A stretch of 32,000 nt of DNA from NCBI GenBank assembly GCA_964496765.1, contig CAZCAP010000006.1, positions 6,959 through 38,958 on the forward strand, read 5' to 3'. Below are positions 27,729 through 32,000 of the stretch, one piece after another. The DNA is from an uncultured archaeon (lineage in GTDB: Archaea > Iainarchaeota > Iainarchaeia > Iainarchaeales > CSSED10-239). The translations under genes were made by a program, and so were the position numbers. The notes below the pieces were generated by a model. The model made no database searches and was not told the DNA's origin. It was given only the letters and a program-made list of their open reading frames with translations. The stretch's first letter is position 1. Each line of letters starts with the position of its first letter.

Positions 27729-28407
27729 AAAAGTGATAACTTTGAAAGGATATGGACGTCTAAGAATTGAAAAAAAAGGGCTAACTTCATTTTTAATTGA
27801 AAAAAAAGAACATTGGCCAGCTTTTGGAGAAAAAGAGAGATTTAATTACACATACGTAACTAAATTTAAAAATTTACCAATTATGCATTTGAAAAGTATT
27901 AATAAAAAAAATCCAAAAATTATGATTTTAGGTGCAGGATCAGGAAGAGAATTAATTGAATTAAAAGCAATTTTGAAAAAAGAAAAAATTAATCCAGAAA
28001 TAAATGTTTTTTCTTTAACTAAATCATTAGACAAGACTGTTGAAAAAAAAATAGTTAACAAAGATTATTCACTAAATAAAGCTATTGAAAATATTGATCC
28101 GAAAATAGATAAGCAAATAATTAAAGAAAATATTGGAAAATATGATTTAGTTGTTGCCCCATTAAGTGTAGGAGTATATACTGATCATGTGGCTTATAAC
28201 ATGCTACTAACATCTTTGTTATTAAGAAAACATGGAAAAGCCTATATTGAAGTTAATTATAAAACTGAAAACTTAACAAGATATAAAAAATTCATTAGAT
28301 TATATAATAAACAATTTAATAAAAATTATGAATTTATTATTAATGAAATAAAAATGGATAGAAAACTAACTAATCAAAAGTATTTTGAAATAATTAGAAC
28401 AAACTAA
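27718..28407 (+). CDS. hypothetical protein with possible Rossmann/class I methyltransferase-like fold
   Basis: The ATG overlaps the permease-1 stop by 11 nt. A motif I-like stretch, KIMILGAGSGRELIELK, is followed later by YDLVVAPLSVG. The assignment is weak. Confidence 0.45.
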   Translation: MRNKKVITLKGYGRLRIEKKGLTSFLIEKKEHWPAFGEKERFNYTYVTKFKNLPIMHLKSINKKNPKIMILGAGSGRELIELKAILKKEKINPEINVFSLTKSLDKTVEKKIVNKDYSLNKAIENIDPKIDKQIIKENIGKYDLVVAPLSVGVYTDHVAYNMLLTSLLLRKHGKAYIEVNYKTENLTRYKKFIRLYNKQFNKNYEFIINEIKMDRKLTNQKYFEIIRTN

Positions 28408-28434
28408 AAAGAGAAAATAAAGGTGAAATAAATT

Positions 28435-29706
28435 ATGAACAAAAAAATAGGAATTAGCATTGTGCTTTTAGCATTCATGCTTTTATTAACACCGCACTTT
28501 TTTGCAGCAGGGAGTACTCCAACAGATACTTCAAATATTGATGCAAAAACATACAACTACAGTCCAAACCCAGTTCTTTCTGGAGAAGAATTTGAGCTTT
28601 GGATTCAATTAACAAACAACAGTAACTATGTAGCAAATAATGTGAGCTATGAATTAAGATCTAAATATCCGTTTACAGTTATTGATTTTAATTCAATGGG
28701 AACAGTTTCTGTTCTAGCACCACATGCAACAACAATCATTAAATATAAACTAAGAACTGATATTCAAACAACAAGCGGAACCTATGAACTAGAGTTTAAA
28801 GCAAAAAGAGGAGATAGTACAATAGCAACTATTTTCACCTATGAAATAGATGTTTCAGGATCATCTTCAATTGTTGATATCATATCATCAAATGTAGAAC
28901 AGGCAACAGTTGGAGGGACATCAAACATAGATTTAATAATTAAAAATATTGGAAAGAAGGGTGCCCAGGATATATTTGTAACTCTTGATGATTCAACAGA
29001 TGATGTTGTGAAAATATTAAATCTGAAAACACAATATCTTGATGAATTAAACATAGATTCAACAAACACATTCCATTTTGAAGCAACGGTTTCAAAGGAT
29101 GCAACCAAGAAAAACTATACACTCCCAATAACAATCACATTCAAGGACTCAGATGGGAACTATAGTTTATCAAGAAGCATTGGGTTAGAAATCAAAGATG
29201 AACCAAACATGATTATTAACATACTCGCTGTTGGATCTTTAGAAAACAACACATTATCTACTACTTCAGATGAAACATTATCTCTTGAAATATATAACAC
29301 AGGAAATATAGATGCAGAATCTGTTTATGTTGAAGTACAAACTCCAATTTCTGATAACATAAGCAATTACTTTGTGGGTTCAATTGAAAAAAACAATTAC
29401 GATAGTGTTGACCTGAAGTTTAAGACACTTAGGCTTGATAAAGGAGAATATCCATTAACAATCATCGTCCACTATAAAGACAGTAGTTTAAAGGAACAAA
29501 CAGTATCTAAAACAATTAATGTAAATATAATTGAGTCAACTACTGGAAATAGTGGTGTTGGAAAAATAATTACAACCCTCCTAACCATACTTGCAATAAT
29601 TGTTGGTATTGCTCTATTAATCCTCATAGTTAAATGGTTAATTAGAGTAATATTAAAACCAGCCTATTGTAGTTTGTTTGGAATAATCAAAAAGAAAAAG
29701 AAGTAA
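28435..29706 (+). CDS. secreted, C-terminally anchored surface protein with repeated CARDB/COG1361-like beta-sandwich domains
   Basis: GGTGA lies 8 nt upstream. Signal peptide (MNKKIGISIVLLAFMLLLTPHFFAAG). Repeated modules of the form 'P..v..Ge.f.l.i.l.N.g...A.nv...l', a C-terminal TM and a KKKKK tail. Confidence 0.7.
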   Translation: MNKKIGISIVLLAFMLLLTPHFFAAGSTPTDTSNIDAKTYNYSPNPVLSGEEFELWIQLTNNSNYVANNVSYELRSKYPFTVIDFNSMGTVSVLAPHATTIIKYKLRTDIQTTSGTYELEFKAKRGDSTIATIFTYEIDVSGSSSIVDIISSNVEQATVGGTSNIDLIIKNIGKKGAQDIFVTLDDSTDDVVKILNLKTQYLDELNIDSTNTFHFEATVSKDATKKNYTLPITITFKDSDGNYSLSRSIGLEIKDEPNMIINILAVGSLENNTLSTTSDETLSLEIYNTGNIDAESVYVEVQTPISDNISNYFVGSIEKNNYDSVDLKFKTLRLDKGEYPLTIIVHYKDSSLKEQTVSKTINVNIIESTTGNSGVGKIITTLLTILAIIVGIALLILIVKWLIRVILKPAYCSLFGIIKKKKK

Positions 29707-29760
29707 AAATTACTTCTTTCATCTTTATTTTCGCTTCTAAAAATACAAAACTAAATCAAT

Positions 29761-30996
29761 ATGAATTTAAAAAAATATAAATCATTAACAAAGCTTACCT
29801 TGAAAAACATTGTAAGAAGAAGACTTAGATCCAGTCTTACGATTCTTTCAGTAATGATTGGAATAGGTGCAGTTATTGCTCTAGTTCTATTAAGCAATGG
29901 TTTGTTCAATGCAATTGAGGGACAATTCAATCAAATGGGAACAAACACAGTCATGGTTGTTCCTATTAATTTCGGTGGAGGTGGGATGAGTGGCCCAATG
30001 GGTGAATCCCAAAGACTTGGAGAGGACATTAAGCTCACTCTTAATGATGCAAAGAACATAGAAAAGGTTTCTGGAGTCACAGAAGTAATTGCCTTCTCAT
30101 TTAAAATGACTAAGCTTGAATTTGCACATGAGGAACAATATAAGACAGTCTACATTGTAAAGGAAGCACAGGCAGACACAACCCTGAAAATTATGAATAT
30201 GACGATCCGTAGTGGTACAGGACTTACAGGAAAAGAAGGAAGAAAAGTAATAATTGGAGCACTGGTTGCTGATGATCTTTTCAAAAAGCAAATAAAAGTT
30301 GGGAACATAATTAAAGTAGATAACCTTGATTTCAAGGTTGTTGGAATACTGGATTACATAGGAAATGAACAGGATGATGGTTCAATTTACATGACCAGAG
30401 AATTTGCAGATGAAGTGTATGGATTAGGGGATCAGGTTGATGAAATATTTATTAAAACAAACCCAAAAGACGATGTGCTTCTAATTAAAGATAAGATTGT
30501 TAAAAAACTAGAGAAAACACATGACAAAAATAGTTTTATTGTAATAACCGCAACACAGATTTTAGATATTATTAAAAGTATATTGAATATTCTTAAAATT
30601 ATTCTAACTGCAATCGCAGGAATATCAATTGTAGTTGGTGCGATTGGTATAATGAACTCAATCTATACTTCTGTTCTTGAAAGAACAAAGGAAATTGGAG
30701 TACTTAAAGCAATTGGAGCTCATCCAAAAGATATTAATTACATATTCATTTCTGAATCAATAATTCTTTCTCTAATTGGTGGTGTGCTTGGTATATTGTT
30801 TGGAATTGGAATTGCAAAAGGAGTTGAGTTATATGCCATATCTCAAAACTTCACTATGCTAACAATAACAATTACAGGAGGGGTTATTCTTCTAGGGCTT
30901 GGGTTAGCACTAGTAACTGGTATTCTTTCTGGTATTCTCCCAGCTAGAAGAGCAGAACACATGAACACCGTTGATGCACTAAGAAACAAGATGTGA
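29761..30996 (+). CDS. ABC transporter permease, MacB/FtsX-type (permease 2)
   Basis: Same architecture as 26496-27728, with FtsX block GAIGIMNSIYTSVLERTKEIGVLKAIGAHPKDI. Confidence 0.88.
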   Translation: MNLKKYKSLTKLTLKNIVRRRLRSSLTILSVMIGIGAVIALVLLSNGLFNAIEGQFNQMGTNTVMVVPINFGGGGMSGPMGESQRLGEDIKLTLNDAKNIEKVSGVTEVIAFSFKMTKLEFAHEEQYKTVYIVKEAQADTTLKIMNMTIRSGTGLTGKEGRKVIIGALVADDLFKKQIKVGNIIKVDNLDFKVVGILDYIGNEQDDGSIYMTREFADEVYGLGDQVDEIFIKTNPKDDVLLIKDKIVKKLEKTHDKNSFIVITATQILDIIKSILNILKIILTAIAGISIVVGAIGIMNSIYTSVLERTKEIGVLKAIGAHPKDINYIFISESIILSLIGGVLGILFGIGIAKGVELYAISQNFTMLTITITGGVILLGLGLALVTGILSGILPARRAEHMNTVDALRNKM

Positions 30997-30998
30997 AC

Positions 30999-31802
30999 TT
31001 ATTTTATAACCTTATAAATATTTATTTTTCTTAGTTCTCTTAAGCTTTTGCCTTTAGTAACTTTTTTTAAAGAACTCTTTACTTTCTTTCCTGTTGCTTT
31101 TGGAACCTTAGAAAAAGCAATTTCTTTTGGAAGTACCCCTGATTTTAATGCACTATTAATGTACATTCTCAGTTGTCTCTTGTATTCTTCCCTATGATAT
31201 CTATCTGTGCATATGCTATTAAAGTTGGGAGGTAATAAATAAACAAACTTATATTTATTTCTAGCTGCATAGTTTTTTAAAAATTTAATAACTAGGTTTC
31301 TCCAGGGCACTCCAAGATCTTTATTTAATTTTGCAATAATTTCTTTAGCTTTTGGACCAGAAAATTCAGGACCCTGGATATGATTCATTATTAATTGAGG
31401 AGCTCCTATTTTATTTTTAGATATTACAAACCCAATTGTTCCAATAACTTCTTTTTCTTTTGAATAAACCTTATATTCAATTATATTTTCAACATGCTTT
31501 GGAAATTCATAGTCTGTTTTAATAGCATAATCTTTTTGAGTAATGGGAATTAAATTTTTTCTATCTTTCATGAACTCAATTGTTGGTTTTAATCTTTCTA
31601 GAATAGAATTAAGAGTTAGATTTGCTGTGGAGCCTAATCTTTTTTTAGCAATTGAACCATAGCCTCCAATTGCAGAAATTAACCACTTTGTAAGTTTAGG
31701 ATCCCTAGTAATTGCTTTTAATTTAGTGATCTCTGATTCAGTAAACCTGCCAGCGTATGCATCATACACTTCATTTAGTTCAGAATCTCTATTATTTGCC
31801 AT
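30999..31802 (-). CDS. hypothetical soluble protein with Lys-rich C-terminal tail
   Basis: 267-aa intact ORF convergent with permease 2, with a 2-nt gap between stops. No confident motif. Confidence 0.55.
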   Translation of the reverse strand: MANNRDSELNEVYDAYAGRFTESEITKLKAITRDPKLTKWLISAIGGYGSIAKKRLGSTANLTLNSILERLKPTIEFMKDRKNLIPITQKDYAIKTDYEFPKHVENIIEYKVYSKEKEVIGTIGFVISKNKIGAPQLIMNHIQGPEFSGPKAKEIIAKLNKDLGVPWRNLVIKFLKNYAARNKYKFVYLLPPNFNSICTDRYHREEYKRQLRMYINSALKSGVLPKEIAFSKVPKATGKKVKSSLKKVTKGKSLRELRKINIYKVIK

Positions 31803-31918
31803 AGATGCTCCCTATAGAAAGTTAGCTATGCAATTATTTATAAAGATTTCTTATATATATTATATTATATAAACTAGTTTTTCTTTATTCAGAATTTCTT
31901 TTTAGAAAGAAAAATCTT

Positions 31919-31990
31919 GCCTCTATAGCTCAGTGGTAGAGCGTCAGTCTTGTAAACTGAAAGTCGGGGGTTCAAATCCCTCTAGAGGCT
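31919..31990 (+). tRNA. tRNA-Thr (UGU)
   Basis: Cloverleaf: acceptor GCCTCTA/TAGAGGC, D-arm GCTC-AGTGGTA-GAGC, anticodon arm TCAGT-CTTGTAA-ACTGA, T-arm GGGGG-TTCAAAT-CCCTC, discriminator T. 72 nt, no encoded CCA. Confidence 0.9.
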
Positions 31991-32000
31991 TAACACCTTC

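Noticed and set aside
1-32000. Looked for CRISPR arrays, transposases, integrases, toxin-antitoxin pairs and recognisable defence genes.
   Set aside because: None was seen. The only DNA-level repeats are the 23S flanking inverted repeat, the 20-bp direct repeat at 7099/7752, and the coding tandem repeat at 20666-21700.

Overview
Strongly AT-rich window. The gene content points to a small-genome archaeon, possibly DPANN-like (inference): archaeal/eukaryal-type LeuRS, a FlaI/TadA-type secretion ATPase, a COG1361/CARDB-like surface protein, a Bud23-like methyltransferase, tRNAs without encoded CCA, and GGTGA/GTGAT Shine-Dalgarno-like motifs. Left to right: (1) a Lys-rich orphan ORF. (2) A stand-alone 23S rRNA gene on the minus strand (~1182-4160), with no 16S or 5S nearby, bracketed by an 18-bp perfect long-range helix. 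(3) Small membrane proteins, an Obg/YchF-family GTPase, and a single-ORF insertion bracketed by a 20-bp perfect direct repeat. (4) A minus-strand copper cluster: CopA P-type ATPase, cupredoxin-like protein, Met/Gly-rich membrane protein, CopZ, and a membrane-tethered wHTH regulator, with a 14-bp palindrome next to a TATA-like box. (5) leuS, tRNA-Asp and a DedA protein. (6) A type IV pilus/secretion-like locus: an ATPase with an N-terminal poly-Cys Fe-S domain, two half-size T2SSF platform proteins, and two paralogous N-anchored surface proteins. One of these is a 55-aa tandem-repeat, sequon-rich protein cut by a single in-frame TAA. (7) A Bud23-like methyltransferase, a half-size MFS-like protein and an MscS channel. 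(8) A MacB/FtsX-type ABC operon with two permeases, a COG1361-like surface protein and two embedded unknown soluble proteins. (9) An orphan ORF and tRNA-Thr(UGU). I saw no CRISPR array, transposase or integrase. The best candidates for an undescribed system are the Fe-S-ATPase/surface-repeat-protein locus (15.9-22.2 kb) and the expanded ABC/surface-protein operon (24.9-31.0 kb).
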